A stretch of DNA of 64,000 nt from Isurus oxyrinchus. Taxonomy: Eukaryota. The stretch lies in NCBI GenBank assembly GCA_026770705.1, contig JANJGN010000071.1, forward strand, positions 1,364,001 through 1,428,000. The letters are read 5' to 3'. The notes under the pieces are model-generated. The model was not told the DNA's origin. It made no database searches and was given only the letters and a program-made list of their open reading frames with translations. Shown here piece by piece: positions 1-12,309 of the stretch (position 1 is its first letter; the number at the start of each line of letters is the position of its first letter). The position numbers and the translations under genes are program-made.

Positions 1-255
1 ATTTCCATATTCTTCCATAAATATGAAAGGGAACACAAATCCCAGAATCCAGGTCAACTCTCCGGTGCAGCACTGAGGGAGGTCAGGTAATCCACAGGGG
101 AGTATGTGCTAGTGTGTTTGTTTGTGAGTGTGTCTTTGTGTGTGCTCATAGATGTGGGATTGTGTGTCTGCAGGTGTCTATTTAAGGCTGTATATTTATG
201 TGTGTTTTTGTAGTGTTTCAATCTGAGAGAGATGTTGAAGTTTGTCTTAACTAAC

Positions 256-408
256 GTTCCACAGTGATGGTTATGAACCCCTCCACTGCTCCATGTTCAT
301 TCTCTGAGCACACTGATAGTCTCCAGTGTCCCTGGATGTAACTGTGAGGAATCACCAACCACAGCTCATTGTTGGAACTTGTTCTGTTCATTGTGATATT
401 CAGATGTC
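256..408 (-). pseudogene. Gene A: degenerate third-type Ig (C2/I-set) exon, 3' half only
   Basis: Aligns with the intact gene C exon at 62641-62793 (MNRTSSNNELWLVIPH...ENEHGAVEGFITITVE). Compensating +1/-1 indels scramble the DTGxYQC motif. The 5' half and acceptor are replaced by unrelated sequence at ~409-590, and homology resumes near 590. Confidence 0.8.
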
Positions 409-731
409 AGGACCGGACTCAACAAGACAGATTGCAGGTTTACCAACAGAAAGTGAACAACAATTTATATTTAAAGGGAAGAAAGTGCAGGTTAATCAGC
501 AAGTGGTCTCTGATTGGAGGAGGTGTTGCCATGGAAAATAATGTGTGTGAGATGTAAAGTTTAGACAGCTTGTCCCTTCATTCAGCAACAATCAAATAAA
601 GATCAGTTAACTTCTATCGACTGTGAAGCACTTTGAGAGGCATGAGAATGTGGATACTGAGAATGGGCTGCACTGTCAGAGGGTCAGCGCTGAGGGAGTG
701 CTGATGTAGAATGAATGGTGTATGTAATTAC

Positions 732-1028
732 CTTGCACATTTAGTACGAGGGTCCGCTCCGATGAAACAGATGGATATCTCACTCTGCAGCTGAGATTGT
801 GTCCGTGGTGTTTGAGTGATGGGATCAGGGTCAGAACAGAAGTATAGTTCAGAGTGACACCATGCTGAGTTACAGTGTTTGAGACTGATCCAGGTACGTC
901 AGTGGGAGTGTCCCAGGTTAAGACAGGTGCTGCTGTTCCATTGCACGTTGTGTTGAAGGTGCAGATTACATCCACAGGCTTTCCTGCAATAATTTCAGCA
1001 GGGAATATCGTGGGTTTATCTGTGAAAT
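732..1028 (-). CDS. Gene A Siglec-like C2-set Ig exon (DFTDKPTIFPAEIIAGKPVDVICTFNTTCNGTAAPVLTW...LSCRVRYPSVSSERTLVLNVQ)
   Basis: AG/GT bounded, 297 nt, phase 1-1. Has C...W...C Ig pattern plus the extra B-C loop Cys typical of Siglec domain 2. Confidence 0.9.
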
Positions 1029-1756
1029 CTAACAGACAGAGAATGGATCCTTTTAGAGAAATATAACGTGAAGCATCAGTTCAAATAGAAATCACAGTCC
1101 CACAAGAAAAAGCACTTTTACAAGGATGATATCAGATCTGAGAGATTACAATGATCAGGAGAGAATTTCCTGCTTTGAGACTTTGGTGTTTCTGTCTCTC
1201 AGCTTAATACACGTTCAGTCCGAGACACTTGAACTGATAATAGTGGGTGAGGGTGAAGGAGCAGACCAGAGTTTGGAGTGCACTACCCCATCATTCACTC
1301 AGCAATCTGGGCCACTTATTACTCTGCAATTTGTGGGAGCTTGCTGTGCGCAAATTGGCTGCTGTGTTTCTCACATTACAACAGTAAATACAATTCAGGA
1401 ATCAGCTCATTGGCTGTGAAGTGATTTGGTCCGTGCTGAGGTGGTGAAAGGTGCTATAGAAATGTGAATCTTTCTTCTGTCGCTATGTCAGACTTCGAGA
1501 CAGGATTAGAGAGATCGATGGGAGTGGATAACCTGATAACATTGATGGACACAGTCAATACATTTTATCATTGATATTAAAGTGAGTATTAGAGGTTCCT
1601 TTAGGAGTGAACTGGAAGCCATCACCAGGTTATTGAGAATCAGACAGTGTGTTATAATAAGCTGTGTTTTGTGTTAATATGTAAATGTCATAGTTCGTGT
1701 TATTTCCCATTGAGTGTTGAATGTGAATTGGTGAGTAATTATAACACAGCACTTAC

Positions 1757-2122
1757 CAGAAACGTGAAGCTGGGTTACAGGGTAATAGTTATAGCTCGGA
1801 CCATTGTCAAATTCTATTCTGAAAAAATAAGGTCCTGCATCTCCCCGTGTGATGTTGTTTATAATCAGGGAACAGTCGCCATCTTTCCGGTCTCCAGACA
1901 GCCGGGTCCGATGGTGGAACCGTGGTAACTCGTGACTGTGATCCTTGGAGTGAAAGGCTGTAGACGATGTTCTCCATTCCTCATTATTAAGCCAGACTCC
2001 ACCTCGCGGTTGGTTTTCCAGACACGATGGATAACTGTAATGACATGGAATCTGTACACAGGAACCTTCCTGCACTGTCACCTCTCGTGGAGTGTCACCT
2101 TTCCACTCTTGCGAGGGTTCAG
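1757..2122 (-). CDS. Gene A proximal V-set Ig exon (Siglec-type, essential Arg present: YFFRIE)
   Basis: ctccccag acceptor and gtaagt donor, 366 nt, phase 1-1. Motifs VQEGSCVQIPC, RTRLSGD, DCSL and YFFRIE match Siglec/MAG/CD33 V-set domains. Confidence 0.92.
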
Positions 2123-2174
2123 CTGGGGAGAGAAATCTCAATATTTAACTCTGAATGGTTTGTGGATCCACTGA

Positions 2175-3010
2175 ACCCGATATTTACAGATGAGGCTGAA
2201 TTGGGGGGATGGTCAATACTGAGGAGAAAGGCAACAAATTATATTGTCAGGAAGAATAGAAAAACAGGATATAATTTAAATGGAGACAGGCTGCAGAATG
2301 CAGTACAGAGGGATCTGGGTGTCCTTGTACATGAATCACAGAAAGTCAGCATTCAGGAACACCACGGAATGAGGAAGGCAAGTGGAATGTTGGTCTTTAT
2401 TGCAAAGGGATGGAGTATAAAAGGAGGGAAGTCTTGCTACAGCTGCACAGGGTGAGATTGTATCAGGAGCAGTGTGTACAGTTCTGGTCTCCTTACTTAG
2501 GGAGGGATAGACTTGCATTGGAGGCAGTTCAGAGGAGGTTCACTGGGCTGATTCCTGGGATTAAAGGGTTTGTCCTGTGAGGAAATGTTGAGCATGTTGG
2601 GCCTGTATCCATTGGAGTTTAGAAGAATGAGGGGTGACATTATTGAAACATATCCGATTCCGAGGGGGCTTGACAGGGTGGATGCTGGGAGGATGTTTCC
2701 CCCTCGTGGGGGAATCTAGAACCAGGGAGCACAGTTTCGGAATGAGGGCTCTCCCATTTAAGACTGAGATGAGGAGGAATTTCCTCTCTCAGAGGGGCGC
2801 TAGCCTGTGGAATTCTCTTCCCCAGTGAGCAGTGGAGGCTGGGCCATTGAATAGACTCAAGGCTGAGTGAGGCAGGTTTTTGATCGACAAGGGAGTCAAG
2901 GGTTTGGGGGACAGGCAGGAAAATGGAGTTAAGGCCACAACCAGATCAGTGAGAGCAGGCTCGAGGGGCCGAATGGCCTGCTCCTGTCCCTATTTCTTAT
3001 GTTCCTACAT
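2175..3010 (+). mobile_element. CR1-clade LINE 3' fragment (mirror copy ~27150-27990, minus)
   Basis: Degenerate ORF2 C-terminus (QRDLGVLVHESQKVS; FKTEMRRNFLSQR..LWNSLPQ) with a CR1-type tail. Confidence 0.8.
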
Positions 3011-3559
3011 TCTTACCTTCTTAAAATATTAAAGCTGCAGAATAAACATGCAAGTGACTGACCCGCTCGACCCACCTTCCATCTGGGGGTCCCATGGGGA
3101 GGACCCTTCCTGAGCCAGGTCCACCAGCCAACATGGTCTGGATCCGAGCACAGGAGACATGGGGGGGAGTGACTAACAGGCTCCTTGTGACAGGCCCCGT
3201 CTGTCCAATGGCTGGCTTTCAGCTGCCAAGGCCAGAGTGGTCCTTGCTAAAACCGGCTCAGGACAGGCCAGGACCCCTGTGCAGACCCCCTCCAGCGCTG
3301 CAGCCTCTGTACAAACCCCTCACGCGCTTGTGGAGAGACACAAACTAGGCTGCACATTACCGAGGAGAATCCCCTCTACGGACTAAGGGGCTGACTCGTC
3401 ACCTTAAACTCCGCAAATGAGGAGGCTCTCGCTCGGTATCGGGGCTTGGCATTCGCTCAATAAAAATAATCAAATGACATTTTGGTCAGAAATCGAAGGA
3501 GGTTGCACATTCCCTCAAAAATAAGACTCAAGCTGGGGTCGAGGGTCAAAGGGCAACAA

Positions 3560-5230
3560 CTTATATTTACACAACAACTTTAACATGACAAATCACCCCA
3601 AGGTGCTACACAGGAGCGTCATAAAACAAAGTATGTCACCCAGACACATGTGGAGATATTAGCGATAGCTGGCCAGAAGAGGTCGGTGTTATGGATAATC
3701 TTCAAAGGGGGATGAAATGGATAGTGAGAGAGAGACAGAGCGATAGAGGGAGTGAGAGAGAGAGATGGAGAGGGGTTGAGGGAGGGTATTACAGAGCTCG
3801 GGTCCCAGGCAGCTGAAGGCACGGCCGCCGATGTTGGAGTGATGGGACCGGGGGATGGTCAAGAGGCTGGAATTGGATGAGCACAGAGACCTCAGAGGGT
3901 TGGAGGGGCTGGAGGAGGTTACAGAGAGAAGGAGGGTTGTAGTGATTGGAGGAGTTACAGAGATAGGGAGGGTTGTAGAGGCTGGAAAATTTAAGAGAGA
4001 TTGGGAGAGTGTAGGGTATGGAGGAGTTCGCAGAGTTAGGGAGGTTTGTAGTGGCTGGAGGAGGTTGCAGAGATTGGTAGGTTTGTTGGGCAGGATGATT
4101 TTACAGATATAGGGAAGCAGCAGAGGCTTGAAGAGGTTACAGAGATAGGGATGGTTGTAGGTCCTGGAGGAGGACGAGGAGATTACAGGGATAGTGAGGA
4201 AACAAAGATGAAAATTGTGACATTGAGACTTTGCTTGACCAGAAGCCAGTCTCGGTCATCGAGCAGAGCGGGTGATAAGGGAATGGGACTTGGTGTGAGT
4301 AAGGACGTGGTCAGCAGTTTTGGATGGCCTCAAGTTTATGGAGTGTAGACCGTGTGTTGGAACAGTCGAGTCTGGAGGTAATGAAGGCGTGGATGAGGGT
4401 TTCAGCAGCAGATGAGCTGAGACAGGGTGATGTCGTGCGATGTTACGGAGGTGGAAACAGACGGTGTTAGTGAGGGCGCAGATATGAGGCCGGAAGCTCA
4501 TCTCAGGATCAAATGGGACAACAAAGCTGGGACCAGATTGGCTTCAATCTCAGAGAGCTGCCAGGGAGAGGAATGGAGTTGGTAGCGAGGGAACAGAGTT
4601 TGGAGCGGGGAATGAAGACAATGGCTTCAGTCTTTCCAATATTTAATTGGAGGGAATTTCTGCCCATCCAGTACTGGATGTCGGATAAGCAGCCTGATAA
4701 TTTAGCAGCAGTGGAGGAGTCGAGAGAGGTGGTGGTGAGGTAGAGCTGGGGATCCTCAGTGGACAGGTGAAAACTAATACTGTTCAGATGATGCTGCAAA
4801 GCCATTGCAAGTGATTCTCTGGCTACGATGAGATGGATAAGAATGGAGCCAGGGGAGAGCAGTCCCACCCAGCTGGACGACAGTGGAGAGGTGTTGGAGG
4901 AGGATGGTGTGGTCGAGCGTGTCAAAGGCTGCAGACAGATCGAGAAGGACGAGGAGGGAAAGTTGACCTTTGTCACAGTCACACAGGATGCCATTTGTGA
5001 CCATGATAAGAGATGTTTCAGCACAGTGGCTGGGGTGGGAACCTGATTGGAGGGATTCAAACATGGAGTGCCAGGAAAGATGGGAACGGATTCAGGAGAT
5101 GGAAACACGTTCAAGGACTTTGGAGGGGAACGAGAGGCTGGAGATGGGACGGGGGTTTACACGGACAGTGTGAGGGTTGGAAGGTGTAGTGGGGAGGAGA
5201 CACTTCACTCAGGGGGGAGGTGTCATCACC
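3560..5230 (-). mobile_element. L2-clade LINE fragment (mirror copy ~24220-26590, plus)
   Basis: RT motifs ESLQSG..H.AET.L..VTN, LLVLLDLSAAFD and WM..N.LQLNIGKTEAI, frameshifted. Confidence 0.85.
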
Positions 5231-5428
5231 CCTCAGCTCGGTTTAGGTTACAGCTATGATGTGGATACAATCACACACAATAAGCTCATGGATCTGGGAG
5301 CAGAAATAGACAAATCATTAAAAATAGTGACGCTGGTTAACACGGCCAAAAAACAAGCAAATCAAACACTATTATTTCCCATTGAGTGTTGGATGTGAAT
5401 TGTTGAGTAATTATAACACAGCACTTAC

Positions 5429-5815
5429 CAGAAACGTGAAGCTGGGTTTCAGGATAGTAGCTGTATGTATTTCTGCTGTCAAATTCTATTCTGAAATAAT
5501 AATATCCTGCATCTTCCCGTCTGATGTTGTTTATAATCAGGGAACAGTCGCCATCTTTCAGGTCTCCAGACAGCCGTGTCCGTTGGTGGAACCGTGGTAA
5601 CTCGCGATTGTGATTCTTGGAGTGAAAGGCTATGGTCCCTCTAGACCTTGTATTCCATGTATTCCATGTGTACCGTTTCATGTACCAGATTCCGACATGT
5701 GCTCGCCCTACTACATGTGCTGGATAACTGTAGTTACATGGAATCTGTACACATGAACCTTCCTGCGCTGTCACCTCTCGTGGAGTGTCAACTTTCCACT
5801 CTTGTGACAGTCCAA
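5429..5815 (-). CDS. Gene A distal V-set Ig exon (Siglec-type, Arg present: YYFRIE)
   Basis: AG/GT bounded, 387 nt, phase 1-1. Starts VGLSQEW, which completes the signal peptide, and carries the Siglec V-set Cys pattern. Confidence 0.92.
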
Positions 5816-6437
5816 CTGGGGAGAGAAATATCAATATTTAACTCTGGATGGTTTGTAGATCCACTAGACTCGATATCCACCCCCTCCTTCACGGGGTCAG
5901 AGTGGCTGCAGTGTGGACCATCTACAGGACACACAGGGATCTCCCCAATGTTTCACAATGGATGGAAGAGAATCCTGGACACAAAAGCGGAAATATTCAT
6001 GCTACATTGGCTCATGGTGCTCAGGACCCTGTTTGTGTACAAACCTGCTCTGCAACAGAACTGAAGTTGGGGAAAATCCATTTGGAATTCCACTGTCCAG
6101 GGCATTGGGTTAACTTGCTAAGTTTGTTTTAAATCTAACATTTATTTTTGGTCTGTTGCCTTAAAGGAAGTGTAACTGGGAGTCAGGTTAATTAGGAATT
6201 TTAGGAGTTATTATAGCAGTCATTGTAGTCTTACGTACGTGCTTGAAATCTTTTATTTTGATGACAAATATTTTAATTTATTGTTTTAAATCTCTAAATG
6301 TCTTGATGGAGTTATTGCTTCTGAATTCAGTGCACAATCATAACAAATACAAATTGCAAAATCCTTATGATAGTGTGACCAAGTTTCTCTCATGGACTTG
6401 GTCTGCCTGGCACACATCACCTGCCAAGTGATAACAC

Positions 6438-7747
6438 TGTTGTAATATGCCTTTCAGGGACAGCAGCATGACATCACTCGAGGGGAAGTGTGTCATGTGA
6501 TTTTTAGGAACTGGAGTTCGCTTAAGTAAGTTCTATGTGTATTTGTGTGTGTTAGGCAAAAGGTCTATCTTTAAGTTCAAGTTTAGTTTGTATTTCTGTA
6601 TTTGGGTGTTTAGAAAAGGGGGAACTTGACGTAAAAAGAAGCCAGCATTCCATTGAGGTTTTATGTCTGTTGAAGGGAAGTCAAAACAAATACAAGGTGT
6701 AAGAAACTGTGCTGTTGCCTAGCAACAGTGACCCAGGGAGAAAGACCCACAGAGAGAGAGAAAAACAGAAAAGTACTTTCAGTTCTGTTGAAAGGAGTTG
6801 CCAGGAGAAGCAGCAAAGGAGCGGGACAGATAGTCAGTCCCAAAGTAAAGATGAAGCCAAATCTATCGAGTGGAACAGGAGAAAGGGCCCAAGAAGACCT
6901 TCTAGTCAAATCTGGAAAAGGCCCTGTTAAGTGAAGTTAAGAGTGAGGAGCGGACAATGGCTTCAAGCTTAAAGGAAGAAGCAGCAGGACACAGACCTAA
7001 AGCAAAATAGGCTTGTGAGAAGCCAGAAGATCCTAGGAGACACCACAGGTTGGTGACTCATTACTACGGCCATGTGAAGCCATGGTGTTCCATTGACACG
7101 GCTGAGCATTGGAGAGACAGGGCGTGGAAGGAAGGCTGAATGCACGTGGCGATCCAGGGGGCAGGAACATGGGAAGGAGAGTTTGAAATAGTGAAAGTGG
7201 ACCCTTGTGGAAGGTGCCTGAGTGAAAGTGTCATGTTGGAGAAGATTCCAAAGCGAGTTCTTGGAGAGTGGAGATTGGAAACCCTCATATGGATATCTCA
7301 GTTCAGTGAGACTGGTGGTCCCACAGTGTAACAAACGTCTGGGGAGAGCTGAGGAGAGAACCATAGCATTTGTTTCAAGTGGGCTCTGTCACTTGGTTTA
7401 AGAGTGTGGTGTCCCTGACCACAGGTCGTCTATTGGTTTACATCGACTGTGTACATAGTGTGAACATGAGAGTATAAAATAGTTATTGTAACTTGTGTTA
7501 TCTTTGTGAATCTGTATATATCTGCAAAGATATAGGTCTGGGTGAAGGAGTAATATAATATAGTTTGTCTTTCCTAGTTTAATAAATGTTTTATTCTTTT
7601 GTTAGAAGTTCATCAGATGACTCCTGTGACTCTGTTCAGTAGCCGCACTCCACATTCCTAAATAAAAATATAAGTTAGGACCTATCAAGCTGATCTCCAC
7701 CCTGGGATCTGACTTGCCCAGTAGTAACATCAGCTGGGATGATAACA
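6438..7747 (+). mobile_element. Solo LTR-like element (internally deleted mirror copy at 21792-22315)
   Basis: TGTTGTAA...ATAACA termini, AATAAA motifs near the 3' end, no coding capacity. Confidence 0.55.
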
Positions 7748-8550
7748 CCATCCAGTCCAAGTTTCACTTTGGCCTGTGAGCAGAACACAGCTCACACAGT
7801 TTGTCTGCAGGTGTCTCCCAGCTTTCTATCCTTGTATATCTGTTCTCATGTCCCTGTTCTAAATAACTGAACCCAAAATGTGTTTACCCAATTCCGTATC
7901 AGTGGCTGGTGCCTTTATATCATTATAAAAACACAACATGGTGATGAGCGGTGGCCAAACATTCTGGTAGCAAGATTCAGTACAGGTATGACGTGGTGAA
8001 CAGCCTGAGATCGAGCTACATGACATGAGATGACCCTCGACGCTTTGGTCAGACCACAACAGAGACACAGCATCAGAGAGGGTTGAAATCGCAGTGTACT
8101 GACTGCTCAGGAAACCTTTGAAGACACAGTGATGGGAAAGAGCTCAAGTAAAGAGCTGGGGAGCAGACGGATCCCTTGTGGTGAGATTACAGCACACGGC
8201 CTGTAGGTCAGTGAGTGGGACAGTGTGTATCGCCAGGACCAGCAGCGGGTTAGCTCAGTCAGGGAAGGCGAGTGACCAGGGTGTGGGCTGGATCGATAGT
8301 GAGCGAGGGAGAGTCAAACACACAAAAACCATTATAAAAATCAGCCCAGAGAAGTTAGTGATTATAACGGGCGGCTTCGAGATTGCTGAACAGCAAATTG
8401 AATAAAAAACAAAGACTCCATTACTCCGTGGTGTGTTCCTGCCACAACCCGTCTTCGTGGGCGGAGCTTCGGAAAAGCGCACGAAAGGGGCTAAAGCGAC
8501 ACTCATCCCAGGTCCTGTAGGAGAAGGAAGGTCAAAGGAATATTGTCAGA

Positions 8551-9300
8551 ATGTCCACGAAATTCCCCAGTTTGAACTGGGATGTAGCTGACCGACTATC
8601 TGAATTCAGAATGTTTAAACAGCGTACAGAGCTCTGGTTTCCTGATTCAGCTGTGACTGAACCAGACGAGCCACCCATAAAAATTCACCTCGCGATTGGG
8701 AATGAAGGTCTACCCAGGCTGAACACATCAGGATTAACAGCAGAAGAGTGAAAGGATCCCCAATAGATATGGACGATATTGGAAGACAGGTTCAGAATCA
8801 GGTGAAACTCCATATTCATCAACTAGAGTTTATGTCATTTCATCAGCCTACACAATCCATAGACCACTTCATCAGCCGATGTAGAGAAAAGGGTACGCAC
8901 TGTGATTTCAAACACACAGCCTGCAGACACAGTTATTGAGTTGGTGATCACATCCACTCCCATGGAAGCCTTCCAGAAAGATCTGCTAGATAAGACCAAA
9001 ACCTATAGCATTGAAGAGCTACTCAAGGATGGACATAAATACGAAGTGATCCTCGCATGTCACCGAAGCTTACAGGTCCTCAGTACAACATCAATTGTTG
9101 ACATACTCACTAGAACATCCAAACCTAGTGAGATGTGTGGAAGGTGTGGCCTTCTGCAGGCACCAAGGAAATGCCCAGCTTTCCACCAATCCTGCAAGGC
9201 TTGTGGCAGAAAGGGCCATTGACAGCGGCAGGGCACTAGAGCAAAGGCTGATGCAGCTACAAAGAGCCGTGCGCTGATCCAAACAGACCCTGCACAACGG
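8551..9300 (+). mobile_element. Degenerate Gypsy-type LTR retrotransposon gag fragment (mirror ~20900-21660, minus)
   Basis: Broken ORFs with a gag-like N-terminus and tandem zinc-knuckle motif CGRCG..APRKCPAF.QSCKACGRKGH. Contains several stops and frameshifts. Confidence 0.7.
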
Positions 9301-11105
9301 GGAACCTTCAATCAATAAAAATGACCATCCGCTATCCCATCAGGAACATATACATGTGGTGACTGACAAACCAGGAAATGGCGATGATGTGCACGGCGAG
9401 ATGAGGAGCCCTGATCGATATTCTACCTCTCACACATTTCCTGACGTGGCTTGCCAATAAATTGTGGATTGTTGTCCTTAATGATCTCTCTGGCATCATC
9501 AAATAAATTGAAAATGTCCCATAGGGGTGGGATGTTCTGGCCCCACCCACTGCCAGGATTGTCCGGTCCGGCCGAAAGCCAATGGATTTATGTCTCAGAA
9601 ACTACCGCATCACCTCAGCTCATGACATAACATTAAAATATGCGGAAAGTTTCAACAATATTGGCAATTTCAAGGGAGCTGCAACATTACACCTGCATGA
9701 GAATGCAAGTCTGTCAGACTCCTTGCATTAAAATAAATACAATCCAACTTTGCCACGCTATCTTGTGTCTTAACTGCCCAATAATTTCTCTGCCTTCCAG
9801 GTTCACTTGCTCTCTCTTCTAATTTTGGCTGTGCATCTCCCTCTGCTGAACCTCCTCTCGGGATCCCATCCCCTGCCATGTTAGTTTAAAGCCTCCCCAC
9901 TTGCATCAAGGGTAAAATGCCAATTGAAACCAGGGACAACATTCAAGAATGACAATCCCACAGATCACTGTGAGCTTTTAAAGACACAACCAGACAAGGT
10001 TACCACCACAAGATCTGGGCGTAACAGCAGATTAACACTGCGCTTTAGAGACTCAAATATTCAACGGATCTATACACTTATGTCATTGTCAAGAAATATG
10101 AAAATGATACCATAAACCTCTTGTTCCCTGTCGTTCTCAAAGATCCATCCCTGCGGCGGCAGCCTTAAGATTTATTGATGTGGGGCTTAATTTATCAGAT
10201 TGTAGAATGATCCGGAACAGAAGGAAGCCATTTGGCCCATCGAGCCTGTGCTGGGCCTTTGAAAGATCTGTCCAATAAGTCCCACTCTCACCTCTGCTCT
10301 CTCCTCCACAGCCCTGCAAAATGTCCCCTTCAAGTATTTATCTAGTTCCCCTTCTGAAAGTTCCTGTTGAATCTGCTTCCACCGGCCTTTCAGGCAGTGA
10401 GTCAATGGTCTCTCTCTGAGCTGCAAAGTGCTCAGATTCTGTGAAATTTAAACTCTGCAGCAGATCAGAGACAATCATGATAACTCAGAATATTTGACAG
10501 TTTTACACAGAGACAGCTTTACCTTCCTTCTCTCTTTCAGTTATCTTGCTCCCTTATTGAAGTATCTAGCATGGTGAGAATGGACAGGAAGTGTGTCACT
10601 GAACAGCCTGTCTATTCTAGGAGCTGCTGTGTTGTCTTCATGGGAAATTCTGATTAAAATCAGCAAAAGACACTAATTTCAGGCCATTGTTATCCGAGTC
10701 CTAACATCGGGATAGACCTCAACCCCCAGTTTTTATCCCTGATTCTCTATTCAGCCGATCGCTCCCCTGTCACTCACTGACCTACACTGGCTCCCAGTCC
10801 AGCAATGACTCAAATTTCAAATTCTCATCATCGATTTCTTACCCCACCATCAACCCTCTCCCCTCCCTATCTCTGTAACCTCCTCCAGTTCCTACAACCT
10901 TCTGAGATCTCTGCTCTCCTACAATTTTGCTGTTAGACAGGGAGTCAGTGTATATCACTGAGCACAGGGGTGATGGGTGAATGGGACTTGGTGTGAGTTT
11001 GTACACTGGCTCACTGCTGAATCAGTTCCCTATCAGAGCTCAATAAGAATGTTCTTTTACAAAGACTATTAACCATAAATCTGTCCGAGCTGACGATGGT
11101 ATTAC

Positions 11106-11145
11106 CTTGGAGAAGTGACAGGAGGAAGTAAGATTTCCCGATCAT
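11106..11145 (-). CDS. Gene A leader (signal peptide) exon, coding part MIGKSYFLLSLLQ; exon 11106-11185
   Basis: ATG plus 13 codons and a phase-1 GT donor. Joins VGLSQ/EW of the V exon to give a plausible signal peptide. Coding sequence is identical to the mirror copy. Confidence 0.85.
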
Positions 11146-11595
11146 TGTCCACTCCCAGATATTCCATCCACTTCTCACTCTCAAGCTGTGAAAGAGAAAG
11201 GAGTTAATGAGACCTCACCTCTTGTCCGACAGCTCTCGAGTAATCAGAACTGCTTTTAGACAATGTCTTCACAGAATAATTTAATTCTCTGTGGGATGAT
11301 AGGTGCTCTGCAGAGAGTTACAATGTTTTAACAAAGAAAAACTATGGAGGGTTTGCATTTCTATAGCATCTTTCACCACCTCAGGATGTACCAAAGCTCA
11401 TGTCTCTGCACTTCCCTCATCCCTTGAGCTAGAAAGATGTGCTGTACAACAGAGTTGAGTCTCACACCCAGATCTCAATAATCAGTAGAAATCTTTCAAA
11501 GGCATCAATCATTGGAATCTGTCTTTATAAAGTCACAACATCAACAAAGGACGGTGTTGGTGGTGGAAGTGAATTCCAATCGTTCCGTTACTTAC

Positions 11596-11690
11596 CCAGG
11601 ACCTGTCCGACTGCTCGCCTGGGGAGGAACTGCCCACACGCTCTGCTTGGGCTGAATGACCTCTTCCTGTGCTGCTCCCTCTGTGTATTT
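11596..11690 (-). other. Gene A probable non-coding first exon
   Basis: Strong donor (GG|GTAAGT) next to 11596, conserved in the mirror arm (18632). The start position is not determinable. Confidence 0.5.
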
Positions 11691-11722
11691 AATTAGAAAG
11701 GGCTGATGTGTCACTGTGAGAC

Positions 11723-11736
11723 AAAATGAGGAAGTG
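11723..11736. promoter_or_regulatory. PU.1/ETS-type site in putative gene A promoter
   Basis: AAAATGAGGAAGTG just upstream of the predicted first exon, conserved in the mirror arm. Confidence 0.45.
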
Positions 11737-12039
11737 GGTAATCAGTGAGAAGATCGAGAATGTTTTAGGCTCTCAGCAAAACGTTTCCGGGTGATGATTT
11801 GTCAGCTCATATTTGGGCATCTGTAGTCATGAAACTTCTCCATTAGCTCCGTGTGATTAGTCTCCTCCCCCTTAACTCAGTGGCTGAAAATCAGGCAATA
11901 GAGTTCCCAATACAGGTCTCTGGCCGTATGGTCCATGTAGACAATCCGTGGTATCATTACGGAGGGAGTGCTGCACTATCAGGGGGTCAGTACTGAGGGA
12001 GTGCTGCACTGAAACAGGGTCAGTTCTGAGGGAGTGCTG

Positions 12040-12278
12040 AACAAAAACAGAATTACCTGGAAAAACTCAGCAGGTCTGGCAGCATCGGCGGAGAGAAAAG
12101 AGTTGACGTTTCGAGTCCTCATGACCCTTCGACAGAACTTGAGTTCGAGTCCAAGAAAGAGTTGAAATATTAGTTGGTTTAAGGTGTGGGGCGGGGGGGA
12201 GAGAGAGAGAGAAGTGGAGGGGGGTGGTGTGGTTGTACAACCATACCACCCCCCACCCCCAACCCCCACCCCCTCCAC

Positions 12279-12309
<31 letters not shown>

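Noticed and set aside
1757-5815. Tandem V exons as rearranging Ig/TCR/IgNAR V segments
   Set aside because: Each V exon ends in a GT splice donor. I saw no heptamer-spacer-nonamer RSS at their 3' ends, and the domains have Siglec B-E Cys pairing (IPC/DCSL, YFFR) instead of YYC.
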